Assembly (NCBI GenBank): GCA_963706575.1
Contig: CAVPNL010000001.1
Coordinates: forward strand, 416,001-480,000
Reading direction: 5' to 3'
From: an uncultured delta proteobacterium
GTDB lineage: Bacteria > Desulfobacterota > Desulfobacteria > Desulfobacterales > JAHEIW01
DNA length: 64,000 bases
In this document: piece after piece, positions 49,440 to 59,258 of the stretch
Numbering within the stretch: position 1 is the stretch's first letter
How the letters are laid out: every line of letters begins with the position of its first letter
The notes under the pieces: generated by a model
Seen by the model: the letters and a program-made list of their open reading frames with translations, nothing else
Databases searched by the model: none
Told to the model about the DNA's origin: nothing
Translations under genes and position numbers: made by a program

Positions 49440-51020
49440 ATGAAAGTTTTAGTTAGTGACAATCTCGGAGAAGCTGGCATTCAGATGTTTGAAGAAGAAG
49501 CGGGATTTGAAGTGGATGTAAAAACCGGTCTTGAGCCTGATGAACTCAAGAAAATCATCGGAAACTATGATGCGCTGGTGATTCGCAGTGCTACCAAGGT
49601 TACGGAAGAGCTCCTGGAAGCGGCTGAAAAACTCAAGGTGGTGGGGCGGGCCGGGATCGGGCTGGATAATGTCGATATACCGGCTGCTACGAAACGGGGC
49701 GTTCTGGTGATGAATACGCCCACCGGTAACGTGGTAACCACCGCGGAGCATACGATTGCAATGATGATGGCGCTGACCCGCAATATCCCCTGGGGCACTT
49801 CGACGTTAAAAGATGGAAAATGGGAAAAGAAAAAACTGCAGGGACGTGAAATTTATAACAAAGTAATCGGTATCATCGGCTTAGGTAAAATCGGGTCCAT
49901 TGTCGCTGACCGTGCCCGCGGGTTAAAGATGCAGGTAATTGTTCACGATCCCTATATTCCGGATGAGCAGATTGAAAAGGCCGGTTTTGAAGCGGTGTCT
50001 GTAGAAGATTTATACCGCAGAGCAGATTACATCACGGTGCATGTGCCTAAATTAAAGGATACCCTGGGACTCATTAACAAAAGAGCCTTCGATCAAATGA
50101 AAGACGGCGTCATGATCATCAACTGCGCCCGCGGTGGAATTGTCGATGAGGCTGATTTGAACGAAGCCCTGAAATCTGGCAAGGTGGCCGGCGCTGCTCT
50201 GGATGTGTTTGAGAACGAGCCCCCCGGAGTTTGCCCGCTGTTTGAAATCGACCGGGTAATCTGCACGCCCCATCTGGGCGCTTCGACCCTGGAAGCCCAG
50301 ACCAATGTGGCCGTTATGGTGGCGGAACAGATCATTGCTTATCTAAGAGATGCAACGGTTATCAATGCCGTCAATGTTCCGCCGGTCAGTGGCGATTTGC
50401 TTGAAAAACTGAACCCCTATTTAACCCTGGCAGATCGTATGGGCTGTTTGCTGGCTCAGCTTTCACAGGGGGCAGTGAAAGAGATTTTGATCGAATATGC
50501 CGGTCATTTTGACGACCTGGATCTGTCTCCGGTCACCACGGCAGTTTTAAAAGGGCTGATGACCCCCATGATTAAAGACGATGTCAACTTTGTCAACGCG
50601 CAGGTTCTGGCGAAGGAACGCGGAATTAAGATTACAGAAGCCAAGATTACCGAGTCCGAAGAATATGTAAATTTGATTACCGTCAATGCGGTTTCCGAGG
50701 AAGGTAAAAACAAAGTTGCCGGAACGATATTCGGACGGAAAAATCCAAGGGTGGTCAACATTAACAATTTTCGCCTCGAATTGGAGCCGGTGAATCGTTT
50801 TGTCTTGATCCACAACCATGACAAACCCGGTGCCATCGGCAGTATCGGAACCCTTCTGGGAGAGAACAATATCAACATCAGCCGGATGCGGCTGGGCCAG
50901 GAAGAGGGCTCCGACAAGACCATGATATTTCTGCGGACCGATACACCGATACCTGAAGATGTGATTGAAAAAATGAGAGCATTGCCGCTGATGATCAGCG
51001 TGGCATCGTTTGAGCTCTAA
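49440..51020 (+). CDS. serA: D-3-phosphoglycerate dehydrogenase (type I, ASB + ACT domains)
   Basis: RAGIGLDNVD, GLGKIG, NCARGG, TPHLGAST, C-terminal HDKPGAIG ACT. Confidence 0.96.
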   Translation: MKVLVSDNLGEAGIQMFEEEAGFEVDVKTGLEPDELKKIIGNYDALVIRSATKVTEELLEAAEKLKVVGRAGIGLDNVDIPAATKRGVLVMNTPTGNVVTTAEHTIAMMMALTRNIPWGTSTLKDGKWEKKKLQGREIYNKVIGIIGLGKIGSIVADRARGLKMQVIVHDPYIPDEQIEKAGFEAVSVEDLYRRADYITVHVPKLKDTLGLINKRAFDQMKDGVMIINCARGGIVDEADLNEALKSGKVAGAALDVFENEPPGVCPLFEIDRVICTPHLGASTLEAQTNVAVMVAEQIIAYLRDATVINAVNVPPVSGDLLEKLNPYLTLADRMGCLLAQLSQGAVKEILIEYAGHFDDLDLSPVTTAVLKGLMTPMIKDDVNFVNAQVLAKERGIKITEAKITESEEYVNLITVNAVSEEGKNKVAGTIFGRKNPRVVNINNFRLELEPVNRFVLIHNHDKPGAIGSIGTLLGENNINISRMRLGQEEGSDKTMIFLRTDTPIPEDVIEKMRALPLMISVASFEL

Positions 51021-51039
51021 TAAGAATAGATTGAATTTT

Positions 51040-51139
51040 TTACCGCCGAGAACACAGAGGGCACAGAGAAAATAACTAGAAATAATTTTATAAACTTCAT
51101 CATTATTAAAAGAATTAATCTCTGTGATCTCTGTGGTAA
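51040..51139. repeat. Intergenic palindrome with 9-bp-period CACAGAG arms
   Basis: TTACCGCCGAGAACACAGAGGGCACAGAG ... CTCTGTGATCTCTGTGGTAA. Confidence 0.7.
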
Positions 51140-51172
51140 TTAATAAAGAAAAAAATAAAGGGAAATAGATCT

Positions 51173-52996
51173 GTGAGCAAGAGAAGATTATTACTGGGAA
51201 ATGAAGCCATCGCGCGCGGGTTGATCGAAAGCGGATGTACCATTGCAACATCTTATCCGGGGACGCCGGCATCCGAGATTCTTGCCGCCGTGGCCTATTT
51301 TCAAAACGAAGAATCGCTTTCCATGCATACCCAATGGGCGGTTAACGAAAAAGTCGCCTTCGAGATTGCCTATGCCGGGTGCCAGACCGGGCTGCGTGCC
51401 GCGGTCAGCATGAAGCAAGTCGGTTTGAATGTGGCTTCCGATCCGCTCATGAGTGCCGCTTATATGGGGATCAATGGCGGGTTTGTTTTGATCAGCGCCG
51501 ATGATCCCGGACCCCACTCTTCACAAACTGAGCAGGACAGCCGGCTGATGGCCATGTTTGCCAAGATACCGGTGCTGGATCCGGATTCACCCCGTCAGGC
51601 CAAAGAACTGATGGGGGTTGCGTATGAAATATCTGAATCCTTTAAAACCCCCGTGATGGTGCGGCCCACCACCCGGGTGTGCCATTCCAGGCAGGATATT
51701 TCGCTGGGCTCCATTCCGAAAAACAAACGCCGGGCGCATTTCGAAAAAAATCCGGCCCGCTGGGCTGCGACCCCTAAATTCCGACTGCAACTTCACAGGG
51801 AGTTGGAAGAAAAGCTGGCCGCCATTGCAAAGTATCGGCCGACAGCCCCCAAAAAGCTGAATCGCAAAGCCAAATCCGGCAAAGCAATTATTGCTTCGGG
51901 TGTGGCGGCCGCTCATACCAAAGACATTTTAAGAGAATTGAAAATCTGGTCAAAAATTCCTTTTTATCAGGTCATTCAACCGTTTCCGCTGCACAGCAAA
52001 TTTATTGAGCATATTATCGCCAGCTATGAAGAGGCTCTGGTTATTGAAGAAACCATGGGCGTGATTGAGATGCAACTGGCCGACCGTTATCGCATCAAAG
52101 GCAAATTATCGAATACGGTGCCAAGGGTTGGCGAACTTAGCCCTGAAAAGATAGAGGAAATTGTCAGTAAATTTGTCGGACTAAAATCCGAAGCGGTTAC
52201 CATAAAATCTATCCCTGGCAGACGCCCGACCCTGTGCCCCGGATGCCCGCATCGCGCCAGTTTTTTTGCCATAAAAAAAGCCGCTCCCAGAGGGATTTAC
52301 ACCAGCGATATCGGCTGCTATACGCTGGGCCTCAATCTCGGAGCCGTCGATACGGTGCTCTGTATGGGCGCTGCCATCAGTCAGGCCGCCGGATTTTATC
52401 ACGCCTATAAAAATGAAGAAAAACGGCCGGACATTGTGGCCACCATCGGTGATTCAACTTTTTTCCATGCCGGCGTACCGGCTCTTATCGATGCGGTCGT
52501 CCAGAATGTCGGCTTTGTGCTGGTGATCCTTGATAACCGCACCACTGCCATGACCGGCAATCAACCCACGCCGGCCACCGGCCATGGGGCCTGCGGCGAG
52601 TCCACTGAGACCGTTGATATCGAATCACTGGTTCGCGGATGCGGTGTTAAATTTATCCGGGAAAGCAATCCTTACGAACTCAAGGAGTTTACGGCTCTTC
52701 TTAAAAAGGCCGTTAAATACAGCCGCAAAAACGGACCCGCCGTGGTTATTTCAAGATATCCGTGCGTGCTGCACCGGGCCAGGCAGGGCGATACCGGGGA
52801 ATATATACCGGTCGAAGTGAGTGAAAAGTGCGACGGTTGCGGTTATTGCATCAAGCATTTTGAATGTCCGGCCCTGATCTATCATGATGACAAAGAAGAA
52901 AAACACGTCAGCATCGATCCGATTCTGTGCACTTCATGCGGCGTGTGTTTGAATGTCTGTCCCAAAGGGGCATTCGTTGAAAAAACTAGGGAGTAA
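51173..52996 (+). CDS. iorA: Indolepyruvate/arylpyruvate:ferredoxin oxidoreductase alpha subunit (copy 2)
   Basis: LGNEAIARG, YPGTPASE, CPGCPH, DIGCY, GDSTFFH, CxxCxxC ferredoxin tail; GTG start. Confidence 0.92.
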   Translation: MSKRRLLLGNEAIARGLIESGCTIATSYPGTPASEILAAVAYFQNEESLSMHTQWAVNEKVAFEIAYAGCQTGLRAAVSMKQVGLNVASDPLMSAAYMGINGGFVLISADDPGPHSSQTEQDSRLMAMFAKIPVLDPDSPRQAKELMGVAYEISESFKTPVMVRPTTRVCHSRQDISLGSIPKNKRRAHFEKNPARWAATPKFRLQLHRELEEKLAAIAKYRPTAPKKLNRKAKSGKAIIASGVAAAHTKDILRELKIWSKIPFYQVIQPFPLHSKFIEHIIASYEEALVIEETMGVIEMQLADRYRIKGKLSNTVPRVGELSPEKIEEIVSKFVGLKSEAVTIKSIPGRRPTLCPGCPHRASFFAIKKAAPRGIYTSDIGCYTLGLNLGAVDTVLCMGAAISQAAGFYHAYKNEEKRPDIVATIGDSTFFHAGVPALIDAVVQNVGFVLVILDNRTTAMTGNQPTPATGHGACGESTETVDIESLVRGCGVKFIRESNPYELKEFTALLKKAVKYSRKNGPAVVISRYPCVLHRARQGDTGEYIPVEVSEKCDGCGYCIKHFECPALIYHDDKEEKHVSIDPILCTSCGVCLNVCPKGAFVEKTRE

Positions 52997-53082
52997 GCAT
53001 TAAATAGTAAGCAGTAAGCACCATAGAGTAGGCAGCCGTAAATGCAAACCGGCAAACTGCTTACTGCCTATTGCTTACTATT
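52992..53082. repeat. Intergenic palindrome with 7-bp-period AGTAAGC arms between iorA2 and iorB2
   Basis: AATAGTAAGCAGTAAGCA ... TGCTTACTGCCTATTGCTTACTATT. Confidence 0.7.
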
Positions 53083-53095
53083 ATACGGGGGATAT

Positions 53096-53656
53096 ATGAG
53101 CAAGACAGTTAAACAGCAAATTCTGATCAGCGGAGTAGGCGGGCAGGGGGTTCTGTTTGTTACGGGCCTTCTGGCAGAAGCGGCCATCAGTAAAGGATTG
53201 GCGGTATTTACCTCGGAAACTCACGGTATGGCTCAACGCGGAGGAACGGTTGTGTCCCATTTTAAGGTCGGCGATTTCTCGAGCCCTTTGATCCGGCCAT
53301 TTAAGGCAGACGGGTTGCTGGTATTAAAGGACGAAAATATCGCCCAGCACGGGTCATTTCTAAGAAAGGGCGGCTGGGCGGTGGTTAATAGCGGTAATGA
53401 TTTGAAAATTGACAAAACATTAACGGCCAGCGGCATCGATGCGGACAAACTGGCCCAGGAAATCGCGAACCCGAAATCCGTTAATCTGATTATGCTGGGC
53501 TTTGCACTGGCAAAGGCCGGCAAAAAAGGCGGGGGTCCAATCAATCTGTTCTGCACATTGACCGATATTAAGAAAGTTCTGCGCAAAAAATTCAGCAGCC
53601 GCAAGAAGCTGATAGATGCCTCCATTAAGGCCTTAGATACAGGCTATTATTTCTGA
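53096..53656 (+). CDS. iorB: Indolepyruvate oxidoreductase beta subunit (copy 2)
   Basis: GVGGQG, SETHGMAQRGG, NLIMLG; start ATG 53096 (the longer ORF runs through the repeat). Confidence 0.88.
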   Translation: MSKTVKQQILISGVGGQGVLFVTGLLAEAAISKGLAVFTSETHGMAQRGGTVVSHFKVGDFSSPLIRPFKADGLLVLKDENIAQHGSFLRKGGWAVVNSGNDLKIDKTLTASGIDADKLAQEIANPKSVNLIMLGFALAKAGKKGGGPINLFCTLTDIKKVLRKKFSSRKKLIDASIKALDTGYYF

Positions 53657-54909
53657 TTTTGATACTTCTTCTTGACAAATTCTAGTGATTCATCAATAGC
53701 GGTTAATGTTAGATTCAAGTCTTCTTGTGTATGCCGATAACAGATATATGCGTGATGATAAGGCGTGAAGAAAAATCCCTTTCGAATCATCTGTGTATAA
53801 AAATCTTTTCGTTTACCTTTATATGATCCTGATTCATCTTTTTTAAAAGTAATATAAAACATGGGTGCAATACCAGTGAGTTCGGCGCCCACGTCATGAT
53901 TTTCTATGATCTCCTGAATTTTTTCCATGAACCACTCACCTTTTTTCCATATCTCCGCCAAGACATTATCTCGTTCTAAAATTTCAATGGTCTTAAGCGC
54001 TGCAATAAAGGCTTCGCTGTTGGGGAAAAAAGTTGAAGAAATGAAGAGCTTTTCTGCAGCCGCCATCATAATATCCTTTTTACCGGTGACAACCGAAATC
54101 GGATACCCGTTGGCAATAGCTTTCCCTAAAACCGAGATATCCGGATATACACCGTAAAGGGCTTGGGCGCCGCCGAGAGACAGTCTGAAACCCGTTCGGA
54201 TTTCATCATAGATCAGAACAGCTCCGTATCTGTCACTCAGGTTCCTAACCCCTTCAAGGAATCCAGATTTGGGTATTTGCATTTTTTGATGGTTGGGGTG
54301 GCCGAATGGTGTCATTATGATAGCTGCAGTTTCGTCACCATGAGTAGCCAGAAGGTCTTCAAGTTGCTTAAGGTTATTGTACTCGAATTCAAACACGTCT
54401 TCATAGAATTTTGATGGAATCCCACCTTTCATCTCGACACACCAGTCATGCCAGCCATGATAACCACATCGCATGACTTTAATCCGGTTCGTGTAGGCTC
54501 TTGCAATTCGAATACTTGCCGTTGTTGCATCGGATCCGGTTTTTAAAAAAATACTCATTTCAGCGCAAGGGACAAGCTCAGCGATTTTTTTCGCCAAAAC
54601 ATTTTGATATTTTTGCGTAAGCGAGAAGCAAAAACCCTTTTCTTTAATCTGTTTATAAACTGCCTCATCTACCTCTTTTTCACGGTAACCGAGGATAATG
54701 GGGCCGTAACCACACAGAAAATCAATAAATTCATTGCCGTCCACATCATAAAGCCGGCATCCTTTACCACTTTCAAGAAAAATGGGATATTCGCCAGCAA
54801 TGAAATCGGTGGGTTTTCTAGCCCCCAGAACCCCACCAGCTATAAGCGCACATGCCTCTTCAAAAAGCTTTAGGCTATTTGATATATTGAGCTTGTCTGT
54901 CTCTTTCAT
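53647..54909 (-). CDS. Class III PLP aminotransferase (GSA-aminomutase-like clade)
   Basis: DVDGNEFID, YHGWHD, DEIRTGFR, LGKAIANG. Confidence 0.9.
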   Translation of the reverse strand: MKETDKLNISNSLKLFEEACALIAGGVLGARKPTDFIAGEYPIFLESGKGCRLYDVDGNEFIDFLCGYGPIILGYREKEVDEAVYKQIKEKGFCFSLTQKYQNVLAKKIAELVPCAEMSIFLKTGSDATTASIRIARAYTNRIKVMRCGYHGWHDWCVEMKGGIPSKFYEDVFEFEYNNLKQLEDLLATHGDETAAIIMTPFGHPNHQKMQIPKSGFLEGVRNLSDRYGAVLIYDEIRTGFRLSLGGAQALYGVYPDISVLGKAIANGYPISVVTGKKDIMMAAAEKLFISSTFFPNSEAFIAALKTIEILERDNVLAEIWKKGEWFMEKIQEIIENHDVGAELTGIAPMFYITFKKDESGSYKGKRKDFYTQMIRKGFFFTPYHHAYICYRHTQEDLNLTLTAIDESLEFVKKKYQNQK

Positions 54910-54925
54910 GAAAGGCCTCCTCGAT

Positions 54926-56074
54926 TTATTTATCTGTTTTAAACATGGAAGCTATTTTTTCAGTCTGGTGGATCCTTGCCCCTCTCTTGATAAATGCACT
55001 TAGAAATTTGTCTGGGTCAATACAGCCCTCGGGAGCAACAACACCGGTTTCAGTCACATCACCTGCGTCCATCATTAAAGATGCTATTGATGCAGGAAGA
55101 CCGGTTCCAGGAGCCATTCTTCCGACCATGTCAGCCGTATATGTGACTCTATTTCCATTTTTTTTACCATTGACGATTACCTTTAGACCTGAAGACTGCG
55201 GACCGTTGTCTCTGCCTTCGGGAATCGTTTCCCAGAGCTTAAGTGCAAGATCATAAGGTGTCACCTGAACACCCTTTATATCAATAGGCTCTGTTCCCAA
55301 AAAACCGGTATCTTTCTGTTCTTTAATCAACTCATCGACCCATAGTGGGATAAGGGCGCCTTTAATGATGACGTTTTTAACCCCTTTGATGTACTTCGGT
55401 AGGGTCAAAGGTTGGGGATGTCCCACATAACGGACATGACAGGTACCAAGGGGTTCAAGGAATTGTGCGGCCACAACCTCGGTGCCACCTTCCACATAAA
55501 CCAGTTCCCCATTAATATATTGCGGGATTTTACCAAGGGTCATATGAAGACTATGATCCCAGGCAGCGCCTGCAAGTTCGGCAATACTGACCACCCAGTA
55601 AAGATAAATGTCGTCAACCTCATCAAGACGGTCTGCATACCATTTTACCAATACATTATTGGTACCAGGATCTGACCCCATGCCGGTGAGGACAGTGATC
55701 CCAGCATCCCTAGCCAAGTTATCTATTTCGGAGTTAAAAAGGATTTCAGTGCCCTCGTAATCATCACAAATATCGATATAATTCACCTTGGCCTCCACAG
55801 CAGCTTTTGCCACTGGTACCGCTGTTTTATAAAAAGGGCCTGCTGTGTTAATAACAACATTGACTTCCTTGAATGCATTAACCATAGATTCATGGTCATT
55901 GACATCCATCTTGACTAGTTCGGTCTTTTCATTTTCACGCAATTTTGTTGAGAGTCTTTGAGGATCAGGGAAAAGGTCTGCTAAGATGACAGATGTAACT
56001 TTTTCCTGTTTGATTAAATCTCTAGCGACACCCTGGCCCATACCACCAACTCCACCAATGATTAATACACGCAT
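54926..56074 (-). CDS. Saccharopine/lysine-6-dehydrogenase-like NAD(P) oxidoreductase
   Basis: GGVGGMG, NTAGPFY, YIDICDD, GSDPG, GHP, GVVAPE. Confidence 0.85.
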   Translation of the reverse strand: MRVLIIGGVGGMGQGVARDLIKQEKVTSVILADLFPDPQRLSTKLRENEKTELVKMDVNDHESMVNAFKEVNVVINTAGPFYKTAVPVAKAAVEAKVNYIDICDDYEGTEILFNSEIDNLARDAGITVLTGMGSDPGTNNVLVKWYADRLDEVDDIYLYWVVSIAELAGAAWDHSLHMTLGKIPQYINGELVYVEGGTEVVAAQFLEPLGTCHVRYVGHPQPLTLPKYIKGVKNVIIKGALIPLWVDELIKEQKDTGFLGTEPIDIKGVQVTPYDLALKLWETIPEGRDNGPQSSGLKVIVNGKKNGNRVTYTADMVGRMAPGTGLPASIASLMMDAGDVTETGVVAPEGCIDPDKFLSAFIKRGARIHQTEKIASMFKTDK

Positions 56075-56140
56075 CTATTTTCCTCCTTAACATGATTTTT
56101 ATGAATAATAGAGCAGGAATCTTTTTATGGAAGCCTCATT

Positions 56141-58939
56141 CTACTCTTTTCGTTCTTTATTCTTAATCGCTTCAAGGATCTTATCCGGAGTAATGGGGTA
56201 ATCGTCAAAATAGACGCCCACGGCATTGGATACGGCGGCACTGTAAGCCTGAGCTGCCGACATTGCAATGGACATGGCCGCCTCTTTGGCGCCATATGGT
56301 CCTTTGGGATCATTGGATTCCACAATAATGGAATTGATTTTGGGCATGTCCACAGCAAGCGGAACCTTGTACTCCAGCATAGTGGGGTTCATCACCCGCC
56401 CCTTGTCATCCCAGAAATGATATTCGGTCAGCATGCCTCCCTGGCCGCCCATGGCGACCGATCCCTGGAACTGGCCTTCCAAGACCATGGGATTTAAGGC
56501 GAATCCCACATCCTGGGCTGCAGTAACTTCCAAAACATTCACCTGACCGGTTTCAGGATCAACTTCGACCTCGACGATGGTGGTCCCATAGGAAAAGGCT
56601 TCGCAAAGCTGCCCAAAGGGATTTTTAACCCACTCACGCTTCAAATCCGGTTTCGGCCAATACCCGCCTTCGCCAACAACTCCTCTGCCTTGGATCAAGC
56701 CCATACGAATGACTTTTTTCAGGGGGATGCTTTTGTCCTGGGTTCCCTTAACATAAATCATCCGGTCCCTGGCCACCAGATCATCCTTGTTGGCCTCAAG
56801 GGCATCGGCGGCGATGTCAAACAGTTTATCCCGAGCGTTTTGAGCGGCAATCTGTACCGCATGACCGCCCACGAAGGTCGAAACCTGGGAATAGGCACCC
56901 GGGTCCGATGGGGTCAATTCGGTATCGGCGGTGACCAGCTGGATGTCTTCGGGCCTCATCCCCAGCTCTTCTGCCGCTATTTGGACCAGCATATTGTCAT
57001 TGCCCTGCCCATTATCCACAACACCGGAAATCACCGTTGCCGCGCCGTCTTCGTTGAGCTTGATAATTGCCTGAGATCCCCCTCGTATCCCCATGGGGAA
57101 ACCCGTCTGCACGGAATTACAGCCAATACCGATCCCGTGATACGGCGGCAGCTTGCTGTATTTTTTGTCCCAGCCGGCTTTATCCGCTGCCTTTGCAATG
57201 GTTTCCTTCATGGCGCAGCTGCCGACATACGAACCGGTGCATGTGGTATCACCGACTTCCCGGGCGTTGCGCATCCGCATGGTCACCGGATCGATGTTCA
57301 AATGTTCGGCAATCATATCCAATTGGGTGTCTACACCGCAGGCAAATGACCGGCCGTGGACACGGATCATGCCGCGGATGGGCTTGTTGGTGTATATGCG
57401 GTAACCGTTGTAGCGGACATTCTCCATCCGATAGGCCTGTTCCATAGACAAAAAGGGCACACTGGTGGCAATGGGGCCGGTGCTGCTGTAAGCTCCCCCG
57501 TCCATGTAACAGGTGATGTCCCGGGCCAAAACCCGGCCTTCTTTATCCACACCGGTTTTGATCGTGGTGATCATGGCGTGGCCCTGACGGGTGGAAACCG
57601 TGTTTTCTTCACGAGTGTAAACAATCTTAACCGGCCGTTTGGTCTTTTGAGCCAGAAGCGCACAGATATAGTCGACGGGAGATATTTCCGATCGGCCGCC
57701 GAAGGCACCGCCGATGGCTATTTTGCGGACCCTGACCTTGTGCAGTGGGATTCCCAGAGCATTGGACAGGGGCTTTGACTTCATGTGCGGTCCGGCATTG
57801 GGGCACCAGATGTCCAGGTTGCCGTCGGCGTCGAATTTGGCCACAACCGCATGGGGCTCAGCCTGAAAATAGGATTCCTCGGCGGCCACAAAGGTATCTT
57901 CCCTAACGTAAAAAGACTCGGAAAAGCCTTTGTCGACATCCCCCACATCAATTGGTACGTGAATGTTGATGTTTTGGGGAAAATCTTCATGAATTAACGG
58001 CGCATCCGGGGCGATGGCGGACATAGGATCGAAAACCGCCGGCAGTTCCTCGTAGGTCACCCGGATCAGGTCGATGGCTTCAAGGGCTGTATTCTCGTCA
58101 ACGGCTGCCACGGCAGCGACTTCTTCACCGAAATAGCGCACCTTTTCAATAGGCAAAAACTGCTGATCCAGCGTGTAGCGGAACACGCCCCATTTGCTGC
58201 CACTGGTGTCTTTGCCCGTTACTACCGCTTTGACACCAGGCAGTTTTTCCGCAGCCGAAGTATCGATATCAACTATGCGTGCATGGGCATGGGGGCTTCG
58301 AAGTATTTTCCCCACCAGCATTCGGGGGAAGGCCAAATCCGCCGTGAATTTAGCTTCACCAGTCACTTTGGCCCGCGTATCGACTCTTGGCATGCTCTTT
58401 CCGACGATATCGTATTGGCTGGCAGTTCCGGTTTTGTGAAGCGCTGAAACCGGAGGTGTTGGCTCAGAAGGTTCTTCTCCTGTGGCCGCCTCTTTCACAG
58501 CTTCAACGATCTTCTGATACCCTGTACAGCGGCAGATATTGCCGCTGAGTGCTTTGCGGATACTGTCTTCATCAGGGATGCTATCAGCAAGGGCAAACCC
58601 TTTTGCAGCCATGACCATACCTGAGGCGCAGAATCCGCACTGAATCGCTCCATGTCGGATAAATGCCTCCTGGACCGGATCCAGGCTTTCTCCCTTGGCC
58701 AAACCCTCCACTGTGAGGATGCGCTTTCTCGAAGCTTCAAGAGCTAAGGTTAGACAGGCACGGACAGGCACATCATCCATAAGCACCGTGCACGACCCGC
58801 AGACACCCTCTCCGCAGCCTTCTTTGGCCCCTGTCAGGTCCAATTGCTCCCGGAGGACCTCCAGCAATGTCCAGTGAGGCTCAACATCCAGTTCGTGGAT
58901 TTCATCATTTACATTCAGGGTCAGGGGAACGCTCTTCAT
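56141..58939 (-). CDS. Fused 2x[2Fe-2S] plus molybdopterin subunit, 4-hydroxybenzoyl-CoA reductase (HcrC-HcrA)-like
   Basis: CGEGVCGSC, QCGFC, CRC, then GGAFG, IRVHG, DNGQG, GPYGAKEA; start 58939 behind GGAAGGA. Confidence 0.88.
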   Translation of the reverse strand: MKSVPLTLNVNDEIHELDVEPHWTLLEVLREQLDLTGAKEGCGEGVCGSCTVLMDDVPVRACLTLALEASRKRILTVEGLAKGESLDPVQEAFIRHGAIQCGFCASGMVMAAKGFALADSIPDEDSIRKALSGNICRCTGYQKIVEAVKEAATGEEPSEPTPPVSALHKTGTASQYDIVGKSMPRVDTRAKVTGEAKFTADLAFPRMLVGKILRSPHAHARIVDIDTSAAEKLPGVKAVVTGKDTSGSKWGVFRYTLDQQFLPIEKVRYFGEEVAAVAAVDENTALEAIDLIRVTYEELPAVFDPMSAIAPDAPLIHEDFPQNINIHVPIDVGDVDKGFSESFYVREDTFVAAEESYFQAEPHAVVAKFDADGNLDIWCPNAGPHMKSKPLSNALGIPLHKVRVRKIAIGGAFGGRSEISPVDYICALLAQKTKRPVKIVYTREENTVSTRQGHAMITTIKTGVDKEGRVLARDITCYMDGGAYSSTGPIATSVPFLSMEQAYRMENVRYNGYRIYTNKPIRGMIRVHGRSFACGVDTQLDMIAEHLNIDPVTMRMRNAREVGDTTCTGSYVGSCAMKETIAKAADKAGWDKKYSKLPPYHGIGIGCNSVQTGFPMGIRGGSQAIIKLNEDGAATVISGVVDNGQGNDNMLVQIAAEELGMRPEDIQLVTADTELTPSDPGAYSQVSTFVGGHAVQIAAQNARDKLFDIAADALEANKDDLVARDRMIYVKGTQDKSIPLKKVIRMGLIQGRGVVGEGGYWPKPDLKREWVKNPFGQLCEAFSYGTTIVEVEVDPETGQVNVLEVTAAQDVGFALNPMVLEGQFQGSVAMGGQGGMLTEYHFWDDKGRVMNPTMLEYKVPLAVDMPKINSIIVESNDPKGPYGAKEAAMSIAMSAAQAYSAAVSNAVGVYFDDYPITPDKILEAIKNKERKE

Positions 58940-58964
58940 TGGAAATCCTTCCATATTTCTTTTC

Positions 58965-59258
58965 TAGAAGTGGTTTCAAAACCTCAGATCAGGTTCAAGG
59001 GCTAACAGTGCCTAAAGTGAGCTAAAATGAGCTAAAGTGACTAAAGTTTTGGTGTCGCTTTGCTCCGTCGTTTATATAGATGATAGAATTCCTTAAACTT
59101 TAGTCACTTTAGTGCACTTCCAACTTTAGCTCACTTATTTATTGTGAGCATTTATCGGAGGACTGTGCTGCACCTTAATTTAAAAAATCAGATGCGAATC
59201 CCGCTTAGCGGGGCAACGCAGCCATTGGGTCTTAGATGGGGTTTTGAAAACACTTCTA
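58965..59258. mobile_element. 294-bp MITE/REP-like element with 19-bp terminal inverted repeats and a nested tandem-arm palindrome
   Basis: TAGAAGTGGTTTCAAAACC / GGTTTTGAAAACACTTCTA (1 mismatch); inner CTAAAGTGA(G) vs TCACTTTAG arms at 59008-59136; CCCGCTTAGCGGG hairpin. Confidence 0.65.

Noticed and set aside
50547..51272. 241-aa minus-strand ORF and similar long antisense ORFs (e.g. 32892-33401, 56690-57349, 24735-25319)
   Set aside because: Shadows of well-supported genes or read-through of repeats, with no recognisable motifs
53647..54909. Calling the aminotransferase hemL
   Set aside because: Lacks the GGVNSPVR motif (has GGVLGARK) and has no tetrapyrrole gene context
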